64,000 bases of DNA from Scyliorhinus canicula (taxonomy: Eukaryota): positions 1 to 64,000 of the forward strand of contig NW_024056007.1 in NCBI RefSeq assembly GCF_902713615.1. The letters run 5' to 3'. The position numbers and the translations under genes were made by a program. Position 1 is the stretch's first letter, and each line of letters begins with the position of its first letter. Positions 24,961 to 37,639 of the stretch are shown here, piece by piece. The notes below the pieces were generated by a model. It searched no databases and was not told the origin of the DNA. It was given only the letters and a program-made list of their open reading frames with translations.

Positions 24961-26108
24961 GCTCCCAACACCTATAGCTAGTCATGTTGCCATCATTTGC
25001 ACAAACCACAGAATCGGGGTTTTTATCAGGAGCTTCTGTGAGATTATCAGGGGAACAATAACCTGCAGCTGATTGGCAATGTAATGGAATCGAATTTTCC
25101 AACTTATCAGTGGAGACAGAGAGGCCCCTGTCCTGGAAATGATATAGTCAACCTGAAATCACTTTATAAACAAGAGCACACAGCAGAACGGTAATGAATA
25201 TATCGTTACAGTATTAAATAATCTTCAATTGAAACACAAGAGCTTTCACACATTCGCGGAAAGTGGAGATGGACGAAAGATTAAAATTTGGGAAAATGAT
25301 AGAAAATTATTAAAAGAAAGCAGATTTTCTCAAAGAAGTGTTATTGGAAAATAGGATACTTATAACGAATAAGCACTCATATAACGATGCAGAAACTGAT
25401 GCGATATTATCTTATAGAGGAACTGTTTTAATATTATCGGGGCCAGCTTTTGGGCAGCAATATAGATATAGGCCTGACTGCACCATTTATCGTCAGAGCC
25501 ACTAGAGTAATATGAATGGAGACTGGGTCCAGTTCAGTAATTACTGAGAGAGGGTCTCGTCTATTAAGATGAGGCTTAGTCTTGTGCAATATGAACAAAA
25601 CATGCTGTCTGCTGTTGTTACAAAGACAAGATATATTCTAATATAAACAGAGACAATGTCATAGTGTAATACAAACTGAGCAAGGCGCTTCCAGAATATA
25701 AGCAGATAACATGATAAGTGTAATATAAACAGAGGCAGTGTTTAGTGGAATACAAAAATTAGGCAGTGCATGATCGAGTAATAATTGAGACAGGATGTTT
25801 TATAAACAAGACCATCGTCTTCTGCAGTGATAACGGGTAAGTAAATTGACTGTACAATTGTGTTAGATCCGGGACCTTGTACAATAAAAACTGAGACATA
25901 GATTAGTAAAATAATGATAGAGCAACGACCTTTCCATAGATTAATAGGAACTAAGACATGGCCAAGTGCAGCAATGAGAAAGGTGAAATAGCGCAATAAT
26001 AACAGAGAGGGCATTGTGGATATAAACAGAGACATGGACTGGTGCAGCAGTGATTGAGATATCGTCTGGTTTTGTATAGACGTGGCAGAGGCTAGCGCTG
26101 TCCTAACT

Positions 26109-26180
26109 GGGCCAGTGGCGCAATGGTTAACGCGCCTGAATACGGATTTAAAATACCACGTTCGACACCTGGCCCTCTCG
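26109..26180 (+). pseudogene. tRNA-Arg(ACG) pseudogene
   Basis: GGGCCAGTGGCGCAATGGTTAACGCGCCTGAATACGGATTTAAAATACCACGTTCGACACCTGGCCCTCTCG aligns with vertebrate tRNA-Arg-ACG (A box, ACG anticodon, GTTCGA). Stem mismatches and 72 nt length. Confidence 0.75.
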
Positions 26181-26228
26181 TGGTAACCCTTCCAGCATTA
26201 GCTCGCAAATTCCAGCAACGCATTTACT

Positions 26229-26400
26229 GGGGCTGGTTTAGCACAGCGGGCTAAATAGCTGGCTTGTCATGTAAATCAAGGCAGCAGCGCGGGTTCCCGT
26301 ACCGGCCTCCCCGAACAAGCGCCGGAATGTGGCGACTCGGGGCTTTTCACAGTAACTTCATTGAAGCATGCTTGGGACAATTAGCGGTCGTTATTATTGA
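26229..26400 (+). mobile_element. tRNA-derived SINE (GGGGCTGGTTTAGCACAG head)
   Basis: Second copy at 48750-48925; tail shared with the 4655 subfamily. Confidence 0.75.
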
Positions 26401-26547
26401 GATAGAGCACCAATTAATTCAAACAGTAACATGAACTGGCTTTGTATCAGAAAGGGTTCAGTGAAGTACCAATTGAGACATTAAAGATTTTTATACTAGC
26501 AGAGATATTCCGTGCTGTCATAACTGGCAGAATGTCAAGTGCAATAT

Positions 26548-26627
26548 TTTTTTTTTTTATAAATGTTTTTATTCAGTTTTCATATTTTATATTGAACAAA
26601 TTACAAATTGTTAGGAGAGAAAAAGAA

Positions 26628-26674
<47 letters not shown>

Positions 26675-29600
26675 AAAAAAACAACAAACAAACACGCAAA
26701 AATTAACATACATATTTACAGGTAAGCATCTTCGTAGTAGTAACTGCGCCCGCCCCCCCCCCCCCCCCAACATGTTTATTTAGTTTGGTTTTGGGCCTTA
26801 GCTAGCCATCGAACCCCCGTACCGAACCTGTAGCCCCTCCCGCTACCTTCCCCCGACTATTCTTCCTCTTGTACATTGGCCACAAATAGGTCCCGGAACA
26901 GTTGCATGAATGGCTCCCACGTTCTGTGGAAGCCGTCGTCCGACCCTCGGATGGCAAATTTGATTTTCTCCATTTGGAGAGATTCCGAGAGGTCGGACAG
27001 CCAATCCGCAGCTCTGGGCGGTGCTGCTGACCGCCAGCCAAACAGGATTCTACGGCGGGCGATCAGGGAGGCAAAGGCAAGGGCGTCCGCCCTCCTCCCC
27101 AGGAATAGATCTGGCTGTTCTGAAACCCCGAAGACCGCCACTATCGGGCATGGCTCCACCCTCACTCCCACCACTTTGGACATAACCTCGAAGAAGGCTG
27201 TCCAGTACTCCACGAGTCTGGGGCAAGACCAGAACATGTGGGCGTGGTTGGCCGGGCCTCTTTGGCACCGTTCACATCTGTCTTCCACCTCCGGGAAGAA
27301 CCTACTCATACGGGTTCTTGTTAAGTGGGCTCTATGTACCACTTTTAGTTGCGTCAGGCTGAGCCTTGCGCACGTGGAGGTGGAGTTGACCCTATGCAGT
27401 GCTTCGCTCCAGAGTCCCCACCCTATCTCCATCCCCAGGTCGTCCTCCCATTTCCTTCTTGTTGCGTCCAGTACGGTGTCGTCCCTATCTACCAGTCGGT
27501 CATACATGTCACTACAGTTCCCTTTCTCTAGGATACTTGCGTCCAGTAGGTCTTCCAGTAGTGTCTGTCGTGGCGGTTGTGGGTACGTCCTTGTCTCCTT
27601 TCGTAGGAAGTTTTTGAGCTGCAGGTACCGTAGCTCGTTCCCCCCAGCTAGCTGAAACTTCTCTGTCAGTTCGTCCAGTGTTGCGATCCTGTCGTCCGTG
27701 TATAGGTCCCTGACTGTCAGTGTCCCCCCGTCCTGCCTCCACCTTTTGAAGGTGGCGTCAGTCAGTGCTGGTGTGAACCTATGGTTGTTGCAGATGGGAG
27801 CCCTGTTCGACATTTTGGTCAGGCCAAGTTGCTGCCGCAGTTGGTTCCAGGATTGGAGGGTGGCTGTCACCACTGGGCTGCTGGAGTGTTTTTTGGGTGG
27901 GGATGGGAGTGCTGCCGTGGCGAGGGCCCGGAGGGAGGTTCCCATGCAGGAGGCCTCCTCCGCACGCACCCACCCAGCCTCTGGCTCCTGGATCCATCCC
28001 CTTACTCGCTCGGCTGTTGCTGCCCAGTGGTAGAATTGTAGATTCGGGAGGGCTAGCCCTCCCCTGGTTTTTGTTTTTTGTAAGACCTTCTTTGGGATCC
28101 TAGCATTTTTACCCCCCCATACGAACGCCATGATGAGTTTGTCCAGCGCTTTGAAAAAGGCCTTGGGGATGTAGATCGGAATGGATCTAAACAGGAAGAG
28201 GAACCTGGGCAGTACGTTCATTTTGATCGTCTGAACTCTCCCCGCGAGGGAGAGCGGGAGTGTGTTCCATCTTTGCAGGTCCTTTTTAACTTCCTCCGTC
28301 AGGCTGGTGAGGTTCCATTTGTGGATCCCTTTCCAGTCATGGGCTATTTGGATCCCCAGGTAGCGGAATTTATGTCGGGCTTGATTGAACGGCAGCCCCT
28401 TTAGTGCTGCCCCCCCCCCCCCTTGCGGGTGTACTGGGAAGATCTCACTTTTGCTCATGTTGAGTTTGTAGCCCGAGAAGGCTCCAAACTCTTTCAGGAG
28501 CGCGATGATTCCGTCCATGCTGCTTTGTGGGTCCGAGATATAGAGGAGCAGATCATCCGCATAGAGTGAGACTCTGTGCTCTCTACCTCCCCTTCGGATC
28601 CCCCTCCAATTTTTTGCTGCCCTGAGCGCGATTGCTAGCGGTTCAATTGCTAGTGCGAACAGCAGCGGGGACAGTGGGCATCCTTGTCTGGTGCCCCTGT
28701 GCAGCTGGAAGTATTGGGAGTTGGTATTGTTGGTCTGTACACTCGCCATGGGTGCGTTGTACAGGAGCTTTACCCAAGCGGTGAACCCTGTTCCAAGCCC
28801 GAACCGCTCCAGTACCTCTATGAGGTATTTCCACTCGACTCTGTCGAAGGCCTTTTCTGCGTCCAGGGAGACGATCACCTCTTGTGTTCTCTCCCCGGAG
28901 GGGGTCATTATCACGTTCAGCAGGCGCCTGATGTTCGCGGTAAGCTGTCTACCTTTGACAAAGCCCGTCTGGTCCTCTGTGACCACCTCAGGTACACAGT
29001 CTTCTAGCCTCTTGGCTAGGATTTTGGCCAGTATTTTGGCGTCTGCATTCAGCAGAGATATGGGTCTGTATGACCCACATTCCGTTGGGTCTTTGTCTTT
29101 CTTAGGTATCAGCGAGATTGAGGCCTGTGCTAACGTGGGTGGCAATGTGCCCCTAGCTAGCGAGTCTGTGAACATCTCCCGCAGGTGCGGGGCCAGCGCT
29201 GTCGCAAATTTTTTGTAGAAGTCCGCCGGGAATCCGTCCGGTCCCGGCGCCTTCCCCGCCTGCATGGAGCTAATGCTGTCCATGATCTCTCCCAGTGCTA
29301 GTGGTGCTTCCAGATCCCGTTTTCTGCCCTCTCCCACAACTGGTATGTCCAGTCCGTCAAGAAACCGGTTCATCCCAGCCTTCCCCGTTGGGGGCTCTGA
29401 GGTGTACAGCTCTTGGTAGAAGGCCTTGAAGGTTTTGTTAATCCTCTCTGGTTCTGTTTCCAACGTGCCTCTGGTATCTCTGATTTGCGCAATTTCTCTG
29501 CTGGCTGCCTGCTTTCTCAGCTGGTGGGCCAACAGGCGGCTGGCTTTGTCTCCGTGTTCGTATAGGGCCCCGCGTGCCTGGCGGAGTTGGTGTACTGCTT

Positions 29601-30034
29601 TCCTGGTGGAGAGCAGGTCAAAGTTCCTTTGTAATTCTTTCCTCTCCGCCAGGAGTTCTACGGTCGGGGCCTCGGAGTATTTATGGTCTACCTCCAGTAT
29701 GGAGTCGACCAGCTTCTGCCTAGCCACCCTTTCCTCCCTATCTCTTTGCGCTTTGTAGGCTATGATTTCCCCTCTTAGTACGGCCTTAAGCGCTTCCCAG
29801 AACGTGGAGGGTGAGACCTCCCCGTTTTGGTTGATCTCAGTGTACTCCGCTATGGCCCGCGCTATCCTTTCGCTGAAGGCCTTGTCAGCTAGTAAGGCAC
29901 CGTCCAACCTCCATTTGGGGCGCTGGGCCCTTCCCGTCTCTAGCCGCACATCCATGTAGTGTGGGGCGTGGTCTGATATCACAATTGCGGAGTATTCCAC
30001 CTTGTCTATCTCTGGAAGCACCGTTTTCCCCACC
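26548..30034 (-). mobile_element. 5'-truncated L1-clade LINE, 13-bp TSD
   Basis: Open 1058-aa partial ORF2 (EN end, RT, HMFWSC); TCAAGTGCAATAT at 26535-26547 and 30035-30047. Confidence 0.95.
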
Positions 30035-32399
30035 TCAAGTGCAATATAAAGAGGCCTTTGGTTTAGGATATTAACTGGAATTGAGCAGAGAACAGAAACA
30101 ACGGAGACCTACTGTCATTTCACCAAAAAGATGACTTAGTGTAATACAAAGAGACCGGGTCTAGTTTAATAGGAGATACAGAGTCCATTGCAGTAATAAT
30201 TGAGGCAATCACTGCTTTACCTAATGTCAGCATTCACCGTTTCACTGCCACCCACTGGACAAATATTGCTATTGCAGATGCTGTGAAAATGCTGACATTA
30301 GTTGTTCTTTCTGATTTATATTTATTATTTCATGGGATGTGGACCTCACTGCCAAGGCCAGCATTTGTGGACCATCTTTAATCCCATTAACAGTTTGGTT
30401 TAGTCAGCCAATTCAGAGATCAATAAATGGTGCATGATGTTACTGTGGGCCTGGAGTTACGTGTTGCCTCGAGCACCTAAGGGTAGGAAGGACATGAGCA
30501 AATCGAATGTGTTTTTACGACAACAGGTTCAAGGCCAACATTACTGAAGCTAATGTTTAATTCCAAGTCATATTTGCATTTTGAAATCACACAGGTCTGT
30601 TGTCGTGAGGATAAGAACAGATGGCCTTAGAGCATTAGCTTGTGCCTCTGAATTCCTAGCCCAGTGACACTGCCACTCCGCCACTCCACCCGTTTGAAGC
30701 ATAACCATAGAATGATTGCCGCACAGATGAAGGCCATTCAACCAGTCGCGTATCCGCTGACCTTCTGACGGAGTAGTTCATCCAAAACATTCTTTTCCCC
30801 ATAGCCCAGCATTTATCTCATTTTCAGATAATTGTCTAATTCCGCTCTGGACGCATCAATTGATTCTGCCTTCACCACACTCTCCAATAGTCTATTCAAG
30901 ATCTGAACCACACAATACGAGAATTGTTTTCCTCCTTATGACTCCATTCTTATTTTCCCAATGACTTTCAATCTGTGCCCTCTGGTATTCTATCCTTCCA
31001 CCGATGAGAACAGTTCTGCCCTATCTACTCTGCCCTGACCCCCCGTGTTTTGTAGTGTCGCTATCACATCAGCTCCCAACCTTCTCGTCAAGGACAACCG
31101 TCCTAACTTCTGCAATCTATAGCTGGAACGGTGCTCGGCTCTGGAACCATCCTTCTGAATATTTCTAAATCCACCCTAAAGACTATACATTTTCCTTAAT
31201 TTTGTTGCCCAAAACGGGACGCAATACTTCAGTTGAGGCCGAACCAGTTTTTTTGTAGGTTTAACTTCGCCCTCTGTATCTGTACTAGCTCGTCGTTTTT
31301 GCAGGAGGACCCAAAACTGAAATTGTCACTCATTGCAGATTAACGTGCCTGACCTGTGCATCTTATGATCAGCAAAAGAGAAGAGATTCTCAATTACTAT
31401 GAACTTATTTTGCTGATCTTATTTGGACAGAGGATTGTGGTTCCATGGAAACGATACATTGAAACGCCACGATTTGTGCACTGATGTCACCCAATTACCT
31501 AAGCCTGACATGAATTTAATCAACCTTAAGATATCGATTGGTAATTACTTTTGTTTGAAATTGAATGAAATATTTGTCGTGCTCCAACTTTTTTTCACAC
31601 TATTTCTGGTTCCACATTATCCCTTGTTAACGTGTTACCTTCACTATTTCCTCCCCAATGTCTCCCAATATCCTTGGGTATAGTCTAGTCCAAAAATAAT
31701 TGAAAATGGCTTAACATAATATAACCCGCATTATAATCCCGAATAATGTTAATGAACAATTGGACAGCATCTAATCAATTGTCAAGTGTGAGAACGGACA
31801 GGAAGGCAGAGAAAGGCCACGGAAAGTCAAACTGGACGGTAAGATAACTTGAGATGCAACTGGGCAGTTCTATTCATTACCAAAAAGAGAGGTATGTTGC
31901 TGAAGGTTTTCTTTTGCACTCATTAGGGCAAATCCAAGATTGACGAATTTCAAACAATCACAGCAGCATCTACTGCAGGAGGAAAGGGTGTTGGTTGGTT
32001 GACAAGTCCACAATGATTAACCAACGATTTGCCATTGGAAAGCAGTGGGGAACTCTATGCTCACCAGGTTCTCGGATAATTAAAACAAATCTGCAACGTT
32101 TTCCTGCAGAACTTCTCATTATCAGTGAACTAACTTCCTCACTTATGAAACATTACGGAAACGATCACTGGTGACCATCGATTTTGCGGGAAGCTACATT
32201 GAGACAGCGTCCGTCATTACTGTTCCTGCAATATGATTCGGCGGTGGGAATACACTGCCTGCTGCACCACTTGGTGGTCACCTTTATTGAATCTTCATTT
32301 TTCTTACGACACGTACTCAGCAATACTTTGCTCACAGACGCTCAGGTTTTGCTACGCCAGGGTCACTCAGCTCCTGACCTCAAATATAGACTAAAGAGC

Positions 32400-33560
32400 T
32401 GAATGCCAGTGGTGAGGGTGACTGCCCTTGACATCAAGTCAGTACTCGACCGAGAGTGGCATCAAGGAGCCCTAGCTAAACTGGAGTCAATGGGAATCAG
32501 GGGGCGCACTCTCCGCTTATTAGAGTGATATCTGACACCAAGGAAGATGTTTGTAGTGGTTGAAGTTCAATAATCGCGGTTCCAGGACATCACTGCAGGA
32601 GTTCTTCAGGGTTGTGTCCTGGGTCCAACCATCTTCAGCTTTTTCATCAATGACCTCCCTTCCATCATAAGGTCAGAAGTGCGGATGACTGTGCAATGTT
32701 CAGCACTATTCGTGACTCCTCAGACAATGAAGGAATCCATGTCCAAACGCAGCACGATCCTGGAGAATATCCAGATCAGGGCGGACAAGTGGTCAGTTAT
32801 ATTCGTCCCACACAAGTGTCAGGCAACAACCATCTCCTACAAGACAGGAACTAACCACTGCCTCTTGACGTTCAATGGCATTGCCATCGCTGAATCCCCC
32901 ACAATCAACATCCTTGGGTCACAATTGATCAGAAACTGAACTGGACCAGCCATATTAATACTGTGGATAGCAGGGCAGGTCAAAGGCTAGGAATCCTATG
33001 GCGAGTAACTCACTTCCTGAACCCCCAAACGTGTCCACCATCTACAAGGCACAAGTCACGAGTGTAATGGAATACTCTCCACTTGCCTGGATGAGTGCAT
33101 CTCCAACAACACTCAGGAAACTTGACACCGTCCAGGACAAAGCAGTAAACTTGATTGGCACCCCTTCCACAAAGATTCAAACCTTCCACCACCGCCGAAC
33201 AGTGGAAGCCATGCGTACCATCTTCGAGATGCACTGCAGAAATTCAGCAGGTTTCCTTAAAAAGCACCTTCCAAACCTACAAAAGCTATCATATAGAAGG
33301 ACAAGAGCTGCAGATACTTGGGAACACCACCACTTGGAGGTTCCCTCCAAGTCACTCACCACTATGACTTGTAAATATATCACCGTTCCTTCACTGTTGC
33401 AGAGACAAAATCCTGGAACTCCCTCCTAACAGCACAGTGGCTGTACCTACACCTCAAGGACTGCAGCGTTCAAGAAGCCAACTCATCACCACTCTCTGAA
33501 GGGCAACTAGGGATGCGCAATTAATGCCAGCCTAACCAGCGATGCCCACGTCCCGTAAAT
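32400..33560 (+). mobile_element. Old CR1-group LINE RT/3' fragment (second family)
   Basis: GGAGTTCTTCAGGGTTGTGTCCTGGGTCCAACCATCTTC (GVPQG-like) and TIYKAQVTSVMEYSPLAWM; related pieces at about 9780-9960 and 53690-54200. Confidence 0.7.
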
Positions 33561-33715
33561 TAATTGAAGCAAATGTGTAAAGTTTGCTTTTGGTTATGGA
33601 ATCGAAGGGTTTGGTATTATGGGAATGCTTTCGGCCTTTTTCTCGGTAGGCCCAGTATACAGCAGTTATGTAGTTTGCATTGGCTGCACATTATCGACTC
33701 ATCTCGCCAGCTACA

Positions 33716-34030
33716 CCAGAGAATCATAGCATCACTGCAGGAGGCCATTTGGCCCATCGAGTCTGCAAAGATGCTTCGAAAGAGCACCCCACATAAGTTC
33801 ACTCCGCCACCCATCTCAGTCACACCAACTACCCTTTGGATATGAAGGGACAATTTAGAATGGCCAATCCACCCAACCTGCATATTTTTGGAGAGTGGGA
33901 GGAAACCGGAGCACCTGGAGGAAACCCACGGGGAGAACATGTAAACTCCACACAGTCACCCAAAGTCGCAATCGAATCCGGGTCCCTAGCGCTGTGAAAC
34001 AACAGTTCTAACCTCTGTGCCACCGTTCCC
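33716..34030 (-). mobile_element. V-SINE
   Basis: V core and CR1-like tail. Confidence 0.8.
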
Positions 34031-35394
34031 TCCCTACCTACCAACACCTTCAATATGACCTCCTGTGTTTAGTCTGCAAAGGTACACTAGGGATACTTTC
34101 AGTGTTTATAAAATATGCGATTGATCAAGGCATCACCTGGCTCTCAATTTCTCATTTCGGCTCATATTTGTTTTAAGTCTGCCTCTAAGGGAGAGACGGA
34201 TGGGACGGGGGATGAGGTAAAATATGAGACTCAAGAATATGCATTGAGGAGAAGGTCGTGAGACGTGAATTAAGATTAGAATCCACCGTCTTTTTGGTTT
34301 ACGGTTAAGGGTTTTTCAGAGATTTTTCCAAACAACGACTATTTCAAAATCTGGGTAAGAGTCAACAATATCGGCGTGGTTAGAAGGACCGGTAAGGCCG
34401 TAGATTTCTTGCCCGAAATTCCATTTTTGAACCAGTTAGTATTTTATGACAATGCAAGTGTCATGTCGCCACCAGAACTAGTTTAATTCCAAATATGTAC
34501 TTGAGGATCAAAATTTAAATTCCCCAACTGTCCTGATCGGAATCCAAATCATGTTTTCCAATTATAATCCAGTTCTCTCGGATTACCAGTCTGATACCTT
34601 TACCACAGTCTTATCAAACCCGGACCTGCTTCAGTTAACACAGACACGATGTGGACGCTCCCTCTTGTGGCGATGTGTGATCTTTGCCTGGTCGATCATT
34701 GAATTGTCAAATAACTGAATGATGTTGCTGCATAAATATTCCTCATTGTTCTTCTTGTTCCAATTGTAATATTCTTTAAAGCAGATACATACACAAACCG
34801 AATGTCAGCTTCAGTTTGAATCGTGGTGATTGTCTTTACTCATTTTTAATATCGCAGACAAGCCAGTTAAATTATGATCATTTTAAAGATTATAAAACCA
34901 CAGAGAATACAAAAAACGAGTTTTAAATGTCCACACAACAAAAATATGTAAATTTGACTCCAGATTTAGACCTATCCTATATGCTGTGGGATTCAGCTGT
35001 AGCTGCTCCGACTTTAAACTTGCATCTCATCTGTGGTTATTATATTTAATCTAAGATGACTTCTAATAATTGAACACTTTGTTTGGAGAACTCCTTGAGT
35101 GGTAGACTGGAGGCAGTTGGGCTTTGCAGAATTTGAACGTTGTGGAACACGGTACAAGGGTACAGGGAGATAATACGTGATAGAGAAGAAGAGAGACAGA
35201 GAAGGTGGAGACCTAGAGATTCAGTGAGACGGGAGGACAGAAAGAGAAAGAAAGAGCGAGAAAGAGCCATCGAGACGAAGACAGAGCCCGGGACTGGGAG
35301 ACAGGCAGGGATGCAGTCAGGTCAAGTCCTTATTAAAGGAAAGATACATTATCATTGGATACAGTACAGAGGTGGTTTACCTGGATGATCTTGG

Positions 35395-35850
35395 GTATGG
35401 AGGAACTGTCATATTAGGAAAGATTAAACAAGACTGTACTCCGTGGATTTCAGAAGAATGAGAGGTGATATTATTGAAACAAGAAGGTTCTGAGGGGGTC
35501 AGACAGGATACATGTTGGAAGAATGTTTCCACTCATGAGAGAGTGTAGGAGCAGAGGGCATATTCACAGAATCAGGGGATTCCCATTTAAGACGGGATTG
35601 AGGAAGAATTTCTTGTCTCAAAGAGTGGTGAATCTTTGGAATTATTTACCCCAGGAAGCTGCCGAGCCCAAGTCCTTGAACATTTTCAAAGCTGAGATCG
35701 ATAGGTTTTTAATCAGTAGGTGAACTAAGGTTTACAGAGAGAAGGTGGGAAAGTGGATTTAATGAATGTTGGCTCAGCCATGATCTTATAAAATGGCGCA
35801 GCAGGCTCGACAGTCTGAATGGCCGACCCTTGTTCCTATTCTTATGATCT
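35395..35850 (+). mobile_element. CR1 3' fragment
   Basis: RKNFLSQRVVNLWNYLPQE. Confidence 0.8.
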
Positions 35851-36020
35851 CATTATCTTTAACGGTGAGTGGTGTCCAAATGTTAGTTGTGTGAAACCAG
35901 AAAATACTGACCCTGTGAAATGCTTCTGAATTTTCAACACAGTGTCAGGAAAACCTCGCTCTGATATGGGTTTCCTGTCACGCCATACTGAAAGTCACGT
36001 TTTCCTCTGAAGCAGACATT

Positions 36021-36459
36021 ATGCAACCTCTGTGTTCCTTTCAAATAATAGTTGTATTGCCTGCCAGTTGTTTTAATGGCCACAGGACGTATTGCTAACC
36101 AGATAATTGTAAAGTTCTGTAATTTGTTCCAAGAGCCAATAGCAAAGTTGAAGTTTCTCAAGATCTCTGCAAATTCACGGTTGTGGAAGGACAGCATCTG
36201 TTACTGACCCGCAGTTCCTCGGCAGCGGCTGCTCAAGCTCTGTTCTTGTACATCCAATAACGCCGGGAAGTTGTGAGATATTAGTTGAAGATTCAGAACA
36301 CGTGGACAGTAGATCAGTCTGCTGACGTTTCAGGCAGGTTTTCTGTTGTTTTGCACATTTAAATATCAGCCCTGTTCTTATCTCCAACTCGGGCGTGTAT
36401 TTCTGCGCCACGTGAACCGCGCACTCCTGGAACGATACGCTACATCCCGTACACACCCA
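36021..36459 (+). pseudogene. Decayed TCR (alpha/delta-like) V segment with leader
   Basis: Leader MQPLCSFQIIVVLPASCFN (36021-36078). V exon from about 36134: ANSKVEVSQD..VVEGQHLLLTRSS..FLYIQ*..SGRFSVV, then after a frameshift AHLNISPVLISNSGVYFCAT*. Weak RSS at 36422-36459. Confidence 0.65.
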
Positions 36460-36974
36460 CACAGAGAGCTCCAGTTAGTGCTCAACAGAGGAACCTTTTA
36501 CCCGATAAACACAAACAGTAATTCTGCCATTAGAGTGAGAGTCACAGAACGTTTTAATAGAGTCAAGCCAGGGAGCCGGGTTCGATTCCCGGTTTGGGTC
36601 ACTGTCTGTGCATAGTCTGCACGTTCTCCCCGCGTGTGTGTGGGTTCCTCCGGGTGCTCCGGTTTCCTCCCATAAGCCCTGAAAGACGTGCTGTAGCCCA
36701 CTTGTGACACGGATAAAGATTATTATTAAAAGAAAAACGCAACAATAACGGGTGAGATTCAGTTGTCGAATTACATTTGTTTATTGTACTTCGCATCTAT
36801 ACATAATATGATCTTTCCAAATTGATTTATGTCAGCTTTATTAAAATTCTGTCGTTTGATGTTATTTCTTTGCTTTTCTGAATGATTGTGCAGCACCTAC
36901 CCCATTGTTCTATCAATTTATCATTACCTTTGGTCACCACAAGTAGACAGAGTTTATTTGTTCAGAATAACAAT

Positions 36975-37530
36975 TATAAGATGATCAGGGGAATAGATAG
37001 AGTAGACAGTCAGAGACTTTTTCCCTGGGTGGAACACACCATTACAAGGGGACATAAAATTAAGATAAATGGTGGAAGATATAGGGGGGATGTCAGAGGT
37101 AGGTTCTTTACCCAGAGAGTAGTGGGGGCATGGAATGCACTGCCTGTGAAAGTAGTTGAGTCAGAAACGTTAGGGACCTTCAAGCGGCTATTGGATAGGT
37201 ACATGGATTAGGGTAGAATAATGGAGTGTAGATTAATTTCTTCTTAAGGGCAGCACGGTAGCATTGTGGATAGCACAATTGCTTCACAGCTCCAGGGTCC
37301 CAAGTTCGATTTCGACTTGGGTCACTGTCTGTGTGGAGTCTGCACATCCTCCCCGTGTGTGCGTGGGTTTCCTCCGCGTGCTCTGGTTTCCTCCCACAGT
37401 CCAAAGATGTGCAGGTTGGGTGGATTGGCCATGATAAATTGCCCTTAGTGTCCAAAATTCTATGATTAACCTAGGATAAAAGTTTTGCACAACATCGTGG
37501 GCCTAAGTGCCTGTTCTGTGCTGCATTTCT
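36975..37530 (+). mobile_element. CR1 3' end with a V-SINE (37248-37470) inserted in its tail
   Basis: MIRGIDRVDSQRLFP..QRVVGAWNALP, then the SINE, then the remaining CR1 tail. Confidence 0.8.
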
Positions 37531-37639
37531 CTCTCACTCTCAACGGGTTCAGAGATTATTTAAACAAGATGAATCAATTACACAAGATAATGATTGGAGC
37601 CTTTAAACAAATCATGGGGATATTTGTGATAAAGCAGTT

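Noticed and set aside
26442-26783. Poly-Lys / poly-Phe ORFs
   Set aside because: Homopolymer in the L1 3' UTR.
35050-35165. Exon-like stretch LLIIEHFVWRTP*VVDWRQLGFAEFERCG
   Set aside because: Contains a stop and I could not assign a family.
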